From Myxococcota bacterium (lineage in GTDB: Bacteria; Myxococcota; XYA12-FULL-58-9; JALHOP01), in contig JBGGMJ010000192.1 in NCBI GenBank assembly GCA_041288095.1, positions 1 through 53,068 on the forward strand: a stretch of DNA of 53,068 nucleotides, written 5' to 3'. Shown here one piece after another: positions 38,562 through 47,904 of this stretch (position 1 is its first letter; every line of letters starts with the position of its first letter). The translations under genes were made by a program, and so were the position numbers. The notes under the pieces are model-generated. The model made no database searches and was not told the DNA's origin. It worked only from the letters and a program-made list of their open reading frames with translations.

Positions 38562-39698
38562 GAAGCGGGTGCCGGTGGGGTAGCCGGTCTGGTGATTCAT
38601 CGGGGCGCGCAGCCGCTCGCGTGCGTCCGCCGAGCTGATCACCAGGTGATTGCGATAGAGGTCGAGGTCGTCGGTGCCGGCCCCGACACGGATGGCGGTG
38701 GCGCATGCCAGTTTGAAGGCGCCCTCGAGATCACGCAGGTCGATCTCCTCGCAGGCCACCTTCGTCGCGCCTTGGTTGTGGTAGTTCGCGAGCGGCACGG
38801 CGATACCCGCCGCGGCATAGCCGAAGGTGAGGAACGGGGTGGCCTCGCAGGTTCCACCGAGCATCATGCCGACCTGGTAGTCGAATTTCTTCTCGGCGAG
38901 TTGCTTCGCTGCCCCGAGGACCGTGGCGGCGGCGCGTGGATCGAAGGGACCATGCCGGTCGCCCAAGCGGACCACCGGCCCCTTGCCGAGCACGATATCG
39001 CCGAGAGCGGCGCTGCATTCGACCGACACCACGAAAGCGTCACGCGGGATGCGATAGTCGATGGCGAGCGAGAGTGAGCCGATGAAACCGACCTCTTCGG
39101 CGCGGGTGAAGACGCCGATGACGTCGACCGGCGCTTGGCCCTTGGCGAGCGCGGAGAGCGTCGCCACCACCGCGACACAACCGGCGAGGTCGTCGCACAC
39201 CCGCGCCTTGATGCGGTTGTTCACTTTCGCGAACGCCGGCAGATCAAGAACCGCGTAGTCGCCCGGCTCGGGCTTGGCGCTCTTGGCGCCGAGCTTGACG
39301 ACGGCAGTCGCGAGCTTCACGCGGCCGTCCTCTTCGCGCGTCTTCACCGCCGTCACGACACCACTCGCGGGTCCGGCTTTGCAGCGCGGGAACACGACCT
39401 TGGCGCCTTTGAGGCTCTTGAGCGGCTGTCCGCCTTCACCGACGCAAACGACGCCGGCGGCGCCGACGCTCTCGACGCGCAAGCCTGGATGGTCCAAGTG
39501 GGCAACGAGCGCGATCGGCCGGCGCGGCATCCCGCGGCGAACGCGGACCAAGGTATTGCCGTAGGAGTCGACCTCGAAGGTGAGCTTGAGCTCCTCGAGC
39601 CAGCGATGGAGCGCGTCGCGTGTCGGGATCTCTTCGAAGGGGGCGGTCGCGTGCTCGCCGAGACGGCGGACACCTTGGGCGAGCTCGTTAACTTTCAT
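38559..39698 (-). CDS. M20/M28/M42-family metallopeptidase
   Basis: DSYGN, AHLDH, ARVCDDLAG, AEEVG, GGTCEA and NYHN metal-ligand motifs. Confidence 0.8.
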   Translation of the reverse strand: MKVNELAQGVRRLGEHATAPFEEIPTRDALHRWLEELKLTFEVDSYGNTLVRVRRGMPRRPIALVAHLDHPGLRVESVGAAGVVCVGEGGQPLKSLKGAKVVFPRCKAGPASGVVTAVKTREEDGRVKLATAVVKLGAKSAKPEPGDYAVLDLPAFAKVNNRIKARVCDDLAGCVAVVATLSALAKGQAPVDVIGVFTRAEEVGFIGSLSLAIDYRIPRDAFVVSVECSAALGDIVLGKGPVVRLGDRHGPFDPRAAATVLGAAKQLAEKKFDYQVGMMLGGTCEATPFLTFGYAAAGIAVPLANYHNQGATKVACEEIDLRDLEGAFKLACATAIRVGAGTDDLDLYRNHLVISSADARERLRAPMNHQTGYPTGTRF

Positions 39699-40578
39699 TA
39701 CCAACCTTGGGAGGGGCCTGCGGGCTCGCCGCCACCGCCTTGGCGTCGGCACGCTCGCGTCTGCGCCGCTTGAAGAACACGACTTCCTCGACAAGCCCAT
39801 AGGCCACGTAGCCCGAGACGAAGGCAAGCAAGGCGAAGGTCGGGTGTAGCAGCCAGGCAATCACCGCGAAGGCGGCGAGGAGCGCGAGGAACACGCCCGC
39901 CGATGCCGCCGACAGCTTGATGTCCTTGAAGGTGCGATAGCGGACGTTCGAGATCATCAGGTAGGCGACTAGGAAGGTGACCGCCATGACGATGGTCGGG
40001 GGCAGCACGAAAAGCGGGTCCGGCCGCTGGTGCACCATGCACAGCGACATCATCACACCGGCGGCGAGCGGGATGGGCAGACCGACGAAGAATTTCGACG
40101 AGCCGGAGCCGCGGGCGGCGAGCACGTTGAAGCGAGCGAGGCGCAGCGCCCCGCAGGAAGCGTAAACGAAGCCGGTGAAGATGCCGAGCAGGCCCAGGTC
40201 ACCGAGCGTCCATTTGTAGAGCACGACCCCAGGCGCGGCTCCGAAGACGATGACGTCGGCGAGCGAGTCGAGCTGCACCCCGAAGGCACTTTGGGTGCGG
40301 GTCATGCGCGCGACACGCCCGTCCGCCATGTCGAAGAACAGACCGAAGAAAATGGCTAACGCGCTCTCGTGCAGCCGGCGGGGCGTGACGTCGGCCGATA
40401 GGGAGACGATGGCGTAGAAGCCGCAGAAGATGCTCGAGACCGTGAACAGGTTGGGCAAGACGAACATCGCCTTGCGCAGGTTCAAGGTAAGACGTGGCCC
40501 ACGCGGCCGGCGCCGTCTGCGCTTCCCGGTCTTCTGGGGACCGGCTTCGGGGAGCCCGTCGGTGTTCGCCGTGCTCAC
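39688..40578 (-). CDS. pssA: CDP-diacylglycerol--serine O-phosphatidyltransferase
   Basis: LPNLFT, DMADGRVAR...FG.QLDSLADVI.FGAAP, LRLARFN, FVGLPIP. Confidence 0.92.
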   Translation of the reverse strand: MSTANTDGLPEAGPQKTGKRRRRRPRGPRLTLNLRKAMFVLPNLFTVSSIFCGFYAIVSLSADVTPRRLHESALAIFFGLFFDMADGRVARMTRTQSAFGVQLDSLADVIVFGAAPGVVLYKWTLGDLGLLGIFTGFVYASCGALRLARFNVLAARGSGSSKFFVGLPIPLAAGVMMSLCMVHQRPDPLFVLPPTIVMAVTFLVAYLMISNVRYRTFKDIKLSAASAGVFLALLAAFAVIAWLLHPTFALLAFVSGYVAYGLVEEVVFFKRRRRERADAKAVAASPQAPPKVGNES

Positions 40579-40847
40579 TGGTACGCGAGGCCGCAGGCGG
40601 CGAGGTCGCCTTGGCCGAGCTTGTCGCAGGTGCACTCGTCGAGCAGCCGCTCGCACTCGGCCTTCTGCGCCTCGGTGGGGCGCGCCACCGAGGTGTCATT
40701 GTTGATGCGTTGGACGCACGCGTCCTGCTCGTTCTGCGTCCGTCCGCAGCGGCAGATTTCCTTCGCGAGCGCCTCACAAGCGTCGCCACAAGCGCTGGTC
40801 CACGCGGCCGCCAGGATGACCCCTAAGGTCATCGTCAGGCGCCTCAA
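40575..40847 (-). CDS. Small Cys-rich lipoprotein
   Basis: TTG start gives MRRLTMTLGVILAAAWTSAC lipobox; several further Cys. Start position uncertain. Confidence 0.7.
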   Translation of the reverse strand: MRRLTMTLGVILAAAWTSACGDACEALAKEICRCGRTQNEQDACVQRINNDTSVARPTEAQKAECERLLDECTCDKLGQGDLAACGLAYQ

Positions 40848-40927
40848 GTAGACGCGCGCGCTCTCCCCGTGTAGCTTCGCCATGAGCCAGCGCCGAATAG
40901 CAGCAACCGGAGCGGCCACGCAACGCC

Positions 40928-42109
40928 ATGAGTGAGCTCAATGAAGCCTACTGCATTGGCCTTTTGGGCGACGTCGAAGCCCAATTGCCTCTCTTGGTGC
41001 GCGAAATGGAGCAGGCCCGGCGGCGGGCCGACGCGGTGGACGCCGAGCTCTCCAGCTTGGTCCGCAGATTCGACGACGCGCGCATCGCCCAGGAGGACGC
41101 GCAGTCACGCGCCGGCAAAGCCGCCCAGATCGTCTCCGACGGTAATGCCAAGATCGCCTCGCTCCACCAGGAGACCGCGACCCTCAAGCGCCGCGCCGAG
41201 GACATCAAGATCGAGATGGATCGCGTCGGCCCCGGCGCTATCTACCAGCGCCTGCGTCGTGAGCGCGCCCGCTTCCTGGTTCAAATCGAAGACCGCGAGA
41301 AGATCATCGCGACGCAGCGCGAGGTCATCGACAAGGCCCGCGTCGAGCTCACCGAAGCCGAGACCGCGTTCGAGGGCGAGCGCGAGCGATCACGGGCCAT
41401 CGTCAAGTCTCTCGACGCTCTACAGAGCCAGTTGCCGCGCCCCCGGTTGTTCGCCGACCTCTTCGCGGCCCGCGCCGGCCTCGCCCACTGCAAGCTCTTC
41501 CTCGGGGAGAACGTGCGGGTCTGGCAAAGCGACGTGCGCGTCGCCATTGGCGACATGAAGCGCTTGCACAGCGAGTTGCGCGCGGGCAAGTACCGCCTCG
41601 ACAAGAACAGCGATCTGGTCGGCGGCCGCGCCACCGAGAGCGCCGACGCCGTCTATGCGGCGGTGGCCATCGGCGACGGCAATCTGGCGCGCGAGCTCTT
41701 CGAGCTGATCACCGACCCCACGCTCTATTTTCACAACATCTTCAACGTCTATCGCCTGTGGGCCCTGGGGCTTTACCTGCAAGAGCGTTGGCCGGAGCTC
41801 GGTACGCTATTGCGGAATCACCAATACGAGGGCGCTCTCGGTGGCGCCTATGCCTTGGCCTTCCGTTCAATCCTCGAGCGTGACCGCGCCTCGCTCGCCC
41901 GAGCGCTCACCGCCATCGCGCAAAAAGAGTGGAGCCAGTGGCAGAACCCGCGCCTTGCACGCGCAGCCGGAGTCGTGAGCTTCGGCGCCGTGGCCTTGGC
42001 CCGCTTGGCGCGCCGGGCCGGCATGGAGCTTGCGCCCCCACATGCCACCGTACCCGAGCGACTTTACGGCGAAGTTTCCAAAGCCCAGCGTCCAGCATTG
42101 GGTCGGTAG
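40928..42109 (+). CDS. Coiled-coil protein with C-terminal Imm49/DUF1910-like domain
   Basis: Heptad-rich N-half; C-half AVAIGDGNLAR...ILERDRASLARAL...VSFGAVALARLARRAGM...VPERL resembles Imm49. Confidence 0.6.
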   Translation: MSELNEAYCIGLLGDVEAQLPLLVREMEQARRRADAVDAELSSLVRRFDDARIAQEDAQSRAGKAAQIVSDGNAKIASLHQETATLKRRAEDIKIEMDRVGPGAIYQRLRRERARFLVQIEDREKIIATQREVIDKARVELTEAETAFEGERERSRAIVKSLDALQSQLPRPRLFADLFAARAGLAHCKLFLGENVRVWQSDVRVAIGDMKRLHSELRAGKYRLDKNSDLVGGRATESADAVYAAVAIGDGNLARELFELITDPTLYFHNIFNVYRLWALGLYLQERWPELGTLLRNHQYEGALGGAYALAFRSILERDRASLARALTAIAQKEWSQWQNPRLARAAGVVSFGAVALARLARRAGMELAPPHATVPERLYGEVSKAQRPALGR

Positions 42110-42138
42110 GCGACGGAGGGCGGCGGCCGCGCTGATCC

Positions 42139-42167
42139 TTGCCGGATCGGGCCGCGACCGTTACGAT
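42139..42167 (+). promoter_or_regulatory. Putative sigma70 promoter TTGCCG-N17-TACGAT for the orf-nrdJ operon
   Basis: 17-nt spacing; implies a nearly leaderless mRNA for ATG 42178. Confidence 0.5.
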
Positions 42168-42177
42168 CTCATACGTC

Positions 42178-42549
42178 ATGGCTCCGCCGCCCAAACCACT
42201 CACCGACGAAGACTCGCGCGTCGAAGCCCTCCCGACCGCGGCTGGGTCCAAGGCCAAGCGCGCCCTCGGCAAGATGGACGACGAAGCGTCGGTCAGCATC
42301 AGCCAACCGTCCCCGCTCAAGAAGGGCACACGCAACGTACCGCGTGGCACGGTCGGCTTCCGTGCCGCGTCGCAACGCGAAGCTCCCCCCGAGAAGGTGC
42401 TGGCCGCCCGCAGTGACGCCGAGGCCCGTGTGAACGCCAAGAAAGACGAACGGCGGCAGAAGGTCTGGGACAAGCTCGACGCCGCCCGCAAAGCCGCTGA
42501 CGAGCGTCTTCCCCGCTACACCTCGTTTCAGCCCAAACGCGACAAATGA
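42178..42549 (+). CDS. Hypothetical charged/disordered protein
   Basis: ATGA overlap with the nrdJ start; no motif recognised. Confidence 0.55.
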   Translation: MAPPPKPLTDEDSRVEALPTAAGSKAKRALGKMDDEASVSISQPSPLKKGTRNVPRGTVGFRAASQREAPPEKVLAARSDAEARVNAKKDERRQKVWDKLDAARKAADERLPRYTSFQPKRDK

Positions 42550-44762
42550 GCGCGAAGGCGGCCGAGCGCAGGGCCAACCTGCGCGTCACGCGGCGATTCA
42601 CCGCCGCTGGAGTCGACCCCTTTTCGACGGTCGAATGGGAGCGTCGAACCGCCCTCATCTCGGGAGCGGACGGTAGCGTCGTCTTCGAGCAACACGACGT
42701 CGAAGCACCGAAGGCCTGGTCGCAGCTCGCCACCAACGTGGTTGCCTCGAAGTACTTTCATGGACGCATCGGAGCACCCGAACGGGAGAACAGCGTTCGC
42801 CAGCTCATCAGTCGTGTCGTTGGCGCGTTACGCGGCTGGGCGGCGGAGACGCGCTTGTTCGCGACACCCGAGGATCTGTCCGCCTTCGCGGACGAGCTCA
42901 TCCATGCGCTCCTGCACCAGATGGTGTCGTTCAACAGTCCGGTCTGGTTCAACGTCGGCATCCACGACAAGCCTCAGGCGTCGGCGTGTTTCATCAACTC
43001 GGTAGAGGACTCGCTGCAGTCGATCTTGGAGCTCGCCAAGACCGAGGCCTTGCTCTTCAAGTACGGCAGCGGCACGGGCACCAACCTCTCGCCCTTGCGT
43101 GGCAGCAAAGAGCCACTCTCGGGCGGCGGTACGGCGAGCGGACCGGTGTCGTTCATGCGTGGCTTCGATGCCTTCGCCGGCGTCGTGAAGAGTGGCGGCA
43201 AGACACGACGTGCCGCGAAGATGGTGCTCCTCGACGTCGACCATCCCGACATCGTCGCGTTCATCCGCTGCAAGGCCGACGAAGAGAAGAAGGCGTGGGC
43301 CCTGATCGATGCCGGCTACGACAGCGCTATCGACGGCGAGGCTTACGGTTCGGTCTTCTTCCAGAACTCGAACAACTCGGTGCGGGTCAGCGACGACTTC
43401 ATGCGCGCCGTCGAGGAGGGCAAGCCGTGGGCGACCAAGCGGCGTACCGACGGTGCGGTCGCGGACACCCACGATGCCGCCGCCTTGATGCGCGAAATGG
43501 CGGCGGCGGCGCATCTCTGCGGCGATCCCGGATTGCAGTTCGATACCACGATCAACGCGTGGCACACCTGCAAGGCCACCGATCGTATTCACGCGTCCAA
43601 CCCGTGCTCGGAGTTCATCTTCCTCGACGACACGGCCTGCAATCTCGCGTCCCTCAACTTGATGCGCTTTCACGATAACCGGGGACGCCTCGATGTCGGC
43701 GCCATCAAGCACGTCGTCGACCTGACGATCACCGCTCAGGAGCTCATCGTCGATAACGCCGGCTATCCGACGTCCGCCATCGCCGAGCGCTCTCGCGACT
43801 TCCGGCCGCTAGGCTTGGGTTACGCGAACCTCGGCGCGCTGCTGATGGCGCATGGCCTCGCGTACGACAGCGCGGCTGGTCGCGGGCTCGCCGCGGCCGT
43901 GACGGCCATCATCTGCGGCGAAGCGTATGCGCAGAGCGCGCGACTCGCCGAGCAGCGCGGACCGTTCGCTGGGTTCTCCGCGAATGCGACCGCCATGCGC
44001 GAGGTCATCGGCATGCATCGCCGCGCCGTGGACGCGATCACGGATGCGCCAGAGGATCTGGTCGAGGCCGCGCGCAGCGCCTGGGTCGATGCGGTGCGTC
44101 TCGGCAACTTGCACGGCTACCGTAACGCGCAAGCGACAGTCATCGCGCCGACCGGAACCATCGGCTTCATGATGGATTGCGACACCACCGGGGTCGAGCC
44201 CGACATCGCGCTGGTGAAGTACAAGAAGCTCGTTGGCGGCGGCGTCACGAAGCTCGTCAACGGCACGGTGCCGCTGGCGTTGGCGGCGCTCGGCTACGAC
44301 GCCGACGCGACGGCCCGCATCGCCGCGCACATCGACACACGCGCGACCATCGAGGGCGCCGCCGACCTCGCGGACGAGCACCTACCGGTCTTCGACTGCG
44401 CCTTCACGCCCGAGCATGGCAAGCGCAGCATCGCGCCCATGGGGCACCTGCGCATGATGGCCGCGGTACAGCCGTTCGTGTCCGGCGCCATTTCGAAGAC
44501 CGTCAACCTACCCAGCGACGCGACCGTCGACGATGTCGCTGAAGCGTACATGGCGGCGTGGAAGCTCGGCTTGAAGTCGATCGCCATCTATCGTGATGGG
44601 GCCAAGCGCGTGCAGCCGCTCGCCACCAAGGCCGACCAACCTATCGCGGTCGCGCGCCCCGAAAGCGACGTGCCGCCGTGCAACGAGTGCGGCACGGCAA
44701 TGGTGCGCAGCGGTACCTGCTTTCGCTGCATGAACTGCGGCACCGTCAACGGCTGCTCTTAA
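42546..44762 (+). CDS. nrdJ: Vitamin B12-dependent (class II) ribonucleotide reductase
   Basis: FNSPVWFN, SACFI, GGKTRRAAKM, ASNPCSE, ACNLASLNL, IAPTGTI, ISKTVN, YRDG; C-terminal Zn ribbon ending GCS. Confidence 0.95.
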   Translation: MSAKAAERRANLRVTRRFTAAGVDPFSTVEWERRTALISGADGSVVFEQHDVEAPKAWSQLATNVVASKYFHGRIGAPERENSVRQLISRVVGALRGWAAETRLFATPEDLSAFADELIHALLHQMVSFNSPVWFNVGIHDKPQASACFINSVEDSLQSILELAKTEALLFKYGSGTGTNLSPLRGSKEPLSGGGTASGPVSFMRGFDAFAGVVKSGGKTRRAAKMVLLDVDHPDIVAFIRCKADEEKKAWALIDAGYDSAIDGEAYGSVFFQNSNNSVRVSDDFMRAVEEGKPWATKRRTDGAVADTHDAAALMREMAAAAHLCGDPGLQFDTTINAWHTCKATDRIHASNPCSEFIFLDDTACNLASLNLMRFHDNRGRLDVGAIKHVVDLTITAQELIVDNAGYPTSAIAERSRDFRPLGLGYANLGALLMAHGLAYDSAAGRGLAAAVTAIICGEAYAQSARLAEQRGPFAGFSANATAMREVIGMHRRAVDAITDAPEDLVEAARSAWVDAVRLGNLHGYRNAQATVIAPTGTIGFMMDCDTTGVEPDIALVKYKKLVGGGVTKLVNGTVPLALAALGYDADATARIAAHIDTRATIEGAADLADEHLPVFDCAFTPEHGKRSIAPMGHLRMMAAVQPFVSGAISKTVNLPSDATVDDVAEAYMAAWKLGLKSIAIYRDGAKRVQPLATKADQPIAVARPESDVPPCNECGTAMVRSGTCFRCMNCGTVNGCS

Positions 44763-45337
44763 GGCCCGCCCATCCAACGGTGGTCCGTGATCACGGAGTT
44801 GATCACGAACAAGCAATGGTCCGAGCCGGTGCGCATGCAACGCGTTTGCTTGATGGTGCACGGCGCGCCGGCGGCTTGGAGCGCCGCGCCGACGATGCCT
44901 TCTTCCATGGCGCAGTGATGAGGCGTCGTCTTCTCCAAGTGCGCGAGCCCCGGCTCGAAGAGCACGACGCGCCAACCGCCGATGCCGTCACCACGGTTCG
45001 CGTGATGGTACATGGCGTCCAGGCCCTCGATGACCTCGCGCGCGCTCTTCGGGGCGACGCGTTGCTCGTGCGAGAGCTTGAACAGCAGCCGTCCCATCTG
45101 GCGGAGCCCTTCGACGCCGAGCTTGGTGTCGATGCGTTCCATGGCCTCGAGCAACACCGAGATGGGGTACCAGCCGTTCGCATCGACCGAGGCGAGGTTA
45201 TCCGAGGTGTCTTTGCCGAGGGTCAGCTGCGGTAGCTTCAAGGAGCGGACAACGGCGAGGATATCCGAACCGATAGTCTCGTGGTTATGTCCGGTATAGC
45301 CGCGAGGACGGTATTTTATCGGGCGGGACGTCAACAC
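44759..45337 (-). CDS. V4R/H-NOX-like small-ligand-binding domain protein
   Basis: WYP...GR.LF, TPHHCAMEEG, QTRCMRTGSDHC (V4R-type Cys pattern). GTG or TTG start uncertain. Confidence 0.65.
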   Translation of the reverse strand: MLTSRPIKYRPRGYTGHNHETIGSDILAVVRSLKLPQLTLGKDTSDNLASVDANGWYPISVLLEAMERIDTKLGVEGLRQMGRLLFKLSHEQRVAPKSAREVIEGLDAMYHHANRGDGIGGWRVVLFEPGLAHLEKTTPHHCAMEEGIVGAALQAAGAPCTIKQTRCMRTGSDHCLFVINSVITDHRWMGGP

Positions 45338-45410
45338 GGGCGCCAACCTAGCTCGACCCCGGTCCTCGAGTGAACCCAGAAAGCCACCGTTCAGCAAACC
45401 CAAGTCGCAA

Positions 45411-46676
45411 ATGACCATCTCGACGAGACCAAGCACCGCGGCCCGCGCCCCAATTGTCCGCAATTCCGAGCAAGTTGCTCAGAGCGGCGCGTCGCGGCCG
45501 ATTCTCGAGGGCTTGTATGCCGCGCCCCCGCGGCTGGTTGCCGAGCCAGCCCCGTCGGCGCTCGCACCCGCGGTGGCGGATCCCCGAGAGGTGGCCTACC
45601 AGCGTGCTCTGAGCGCTCATACCGCCGCCTTCACGAGCTGGCAGAACGAACATGCCAAACCGTATTGGGCGCGCGTCAGCGAGACGCGCACGGAGCGCCG
45701 CGCGCGTCCATGGACCGAGCAGCACCAGGGGCCGTTCGTCGATACGCATCCGCCGCTCTACAGCGGTCCGCCAAAACCGAATCGCGCGGATTTCGGGCTC
45801 GACCCGGATCCACCGCGACCGACGCGTCGCATCGCCGACTTCGTCAGCGCCGCCCGTGATCAAGGCTATCGCTTCGATTTCGCTCCGCAGGATGCGACGG
45901 CAGCGCAAGCCGGCGCCTTCGAGACGCAGTTTCGCCGACGTTATGTCCAAGCAGCCTTGGCGGCCGGCTTCAATCGCGATCAGACCGTCGGTGTTTACGT
46001 CTTCGAGACGGGTGGTGATGGCAGGCACACCGAGCTGCATCCCAACTCGGCGGCTGTCGGCTACGCCCAGCTTCTCATTGCCAACTCGATCACGACCACC
46101 GTCGCGGAAGGGCAGGCCATCGCCGACCGCCTGCGGGCGCAAGGGCTGACTGCTAAAGCAGACCTGGTGCTGCGTATGCGCGCCGATATTCTGCGCGCAA
46201 ACGGCGGCAGGCCCCCGACCTGGGAACACGCCGAGGGGGTGATGTCAGCCACGCCGCTCGGCCGCGCCGTCCACGCGGCGAATCTCGACCTCGACATCGG
46301 TCCGCAACTGCAGATCACCAAGCTCATGAAGACCGCGAGCGACTATCGCGACTATTCGCGGCGCACCAACACGCAGCGCGAGCTCACGGCCGAGATTCTC
46401 GAGGCGATGAACCTCGGGGGCCCAGTGAACGGTTTCTGGCTGGGGCACCCGCGTACCGCCGAGCGCCTGACGGTGAACTTCTTCCTCCGCAACGGCTACG
46501 AAGGGAATCCCGTGCTCTCGGAGCTGGTCGACGGCGAACGCCGTGCCCGTACCGCCGGAGGCTTCATGACCCGCATGAGCGAGATCATGCACGGGGAGCG
46601 CCGCACACGTGCCGGGACGCAGGAAATCATGCGTATCTTCGACGAGTTATCGCCGCCCACGCCTCCCGCGCGCTGA
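45411..46676 (+). CDS. Orphan protein with lysozyme/lytic transglycosylase-like motifs
   Basis: VYVFETGG (candidate catalytic Glu) followed by SAAVGYAQL (AxGxxQ); S/T/P/A-rich N-terminus without signal peptide. Confidence 0.55.
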   Translation: MTISTRPSTAARAPIVRNSEQVAQSGASRPILEGLYAAPPRLVAEPAPSALAPAVADPREVAYQRALSAHTAAFTSWQNEHAKPYWARVSETRTERRARPWTEQHQGPFVDTHPPLYSGPPKPNRADFGLDPDPPRPTRRIADFVSAARDQGYRFDFAPQDATAAQAGAFETQFRRRYVQAALAAGFNRDQTVGVYVFETGGDGRHTELHPNSAAVGYAQLLIANSITTTVAEGQAIADRLRAQGLTAKADLVLRMRADILRANGGRPPTWEHAEGVMSATPLGRAVHAANLDLDIGPQLQITKLMKTASDYRDYSRRTNTQRELTAEILEAMNLGGPVNGFWLGHPRTAERLTVNFFLRNGYEGNPVLSELVDGERRARTAGGFMTRMSEIMHGERRTRAGTQEIMRIFDELSPPTPPAR

Positions 46677-46742
46677 GCACCGGCGGCTGCCGCGGCGCAG
46701 AAACCACTCAATCCTTCCCCGACGATGTGACGTAGCCCCTCC

Positions 46743-47864
46743 GTGAGCCTGCGATCTCGAAGGAGTCTCCGAGCCGACCGCGACAGTCTCTCCGCCGAGC
46801 GTCGCGGTGGGGTCCTCGTGGTCGGTGATGACGCCGACGAGCGCGCTCGCATCCTCGACGTGCTCGGGCCCCTGCAGACCGAGACTCTCGAGGTGAGCGG
46901 CAGCGCCGCGGCCCTCGAGCTCCTCGGCAACGAGCCCACGGTCGACGTGATGATCGCCATCCACGAGCAAGAGGGCATGTCCGGTGGCGCGCTCTGCCAG
47001 TACGCCCGCGGTCACGCCCGGCTTGCCAACATCTCGACCGTGCTCATCGCCGAGGCCGATGCCATCGCGTCGTTGCGACTCACCGCCCGCGCCGCCGACG
47101 ACTTCCTGCCGCGGCCGGTCGACGCTGATGCCCTTCGGCAGGTGGTGCGCAACGCGCTGCGCGCACAGGCTCGTCGCCGGCTCATTGCCCGGCAGGAGCG
47201 TCGCCGCGCCATCGATTGGCTCGCCATGGTCCTGTCGCACGAGATCAACAATCCGCTCGCCGCAGCCATGGCCAACCTCTCGCTGGTGCGCGAGCGCGCC
47301 GACGACGAAGAGCTGTCGCAGCTCGTCGAGGAATCGCACGCCATGCTCGAGCGGATTCGCGAGCGCACGCACGCGATTCGCTTGCAAACCAAGGCGCTCC
47401 ATCACCAGCCGTCGGTGGTCACCGGTCCGGAGTTGCTCGAGAGCTTGCGTCAACGCCTGACGCGGCACGGCCGCCCAGTCACCGTCGACTCCGAGCTCGC
47501 CGGCAACATCGGGGGCGAGGCGCGCTGGCGCTTGCTCGTCGATGCCGCCGACGCGGTCGTCGAAAACAGCTTGGCCTACTGCACTGGCCAGGTCTTCGCG
47601 CGGGTTCACCTCGAGGAGTCGCGGCTCGCGGTCGTCGTTCGCATCGAGGGCGCGGCCGAGGACGACCCGGAGATCATCCTCGAGCCACGTCTGCTATCGC
47701 GGGACGGCGAGTCGCCGCGCTTCTACGCCGGCCTTTCGATGCTCGAGCAGGCGTTCGCCGAGGCGGGCGGCCAGCTTTTCGCGCGGCCCGTGGCGGACGC
47801 TTGGCGATTCGGTCTCACCATCCCGGTCGACCCGGCTGGCGGCAGTACCCACGAAGAACCTTGA
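46743..47864 (+). CDS. Degenerate hybrid receiver-HisKA-HATPase protein
   Basis: Receiver-like N-terminus lacking the phospho-Asp; intact LSHEINNPL H-box; eroded G boxes. Confidence 0.75.
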   Translation: MSLRSRRSLRADRDSLSAERRGGVLVVGDDADERARILDVLGPLQTETLEVSGSAAALELLGNEPTVDVMIAIHEQEGMSGGALCQYARGHARLANISTVLIAEADAIASLRLTARAADDFLPRPVDADALRQVVRNALRAQARRRLIARQERRRAIDWLAMVLSHEINNPLAAAMANLSLVRERADDEELSQLVEESHAMLERIRERTHAIRLQTKALHHQPSVVTGPELLESLRQRLTRHGRPVTVDSELAGNIGGEARWRLLVDAADAVVENSLAYCTGQVFARVHLEESRLAVVVRIEGAAEDDPEIILEPRLLSRDGESPRFYAGLSMLEQAFAEAGGQLFARPVADAWRFGLTIPVDPAGGSTHEEP

Positions 47865-47904
47865 GCTTGCTTAGGTCTCGCCGTTCGCCGTAACGCTCGT
47901 CGTC

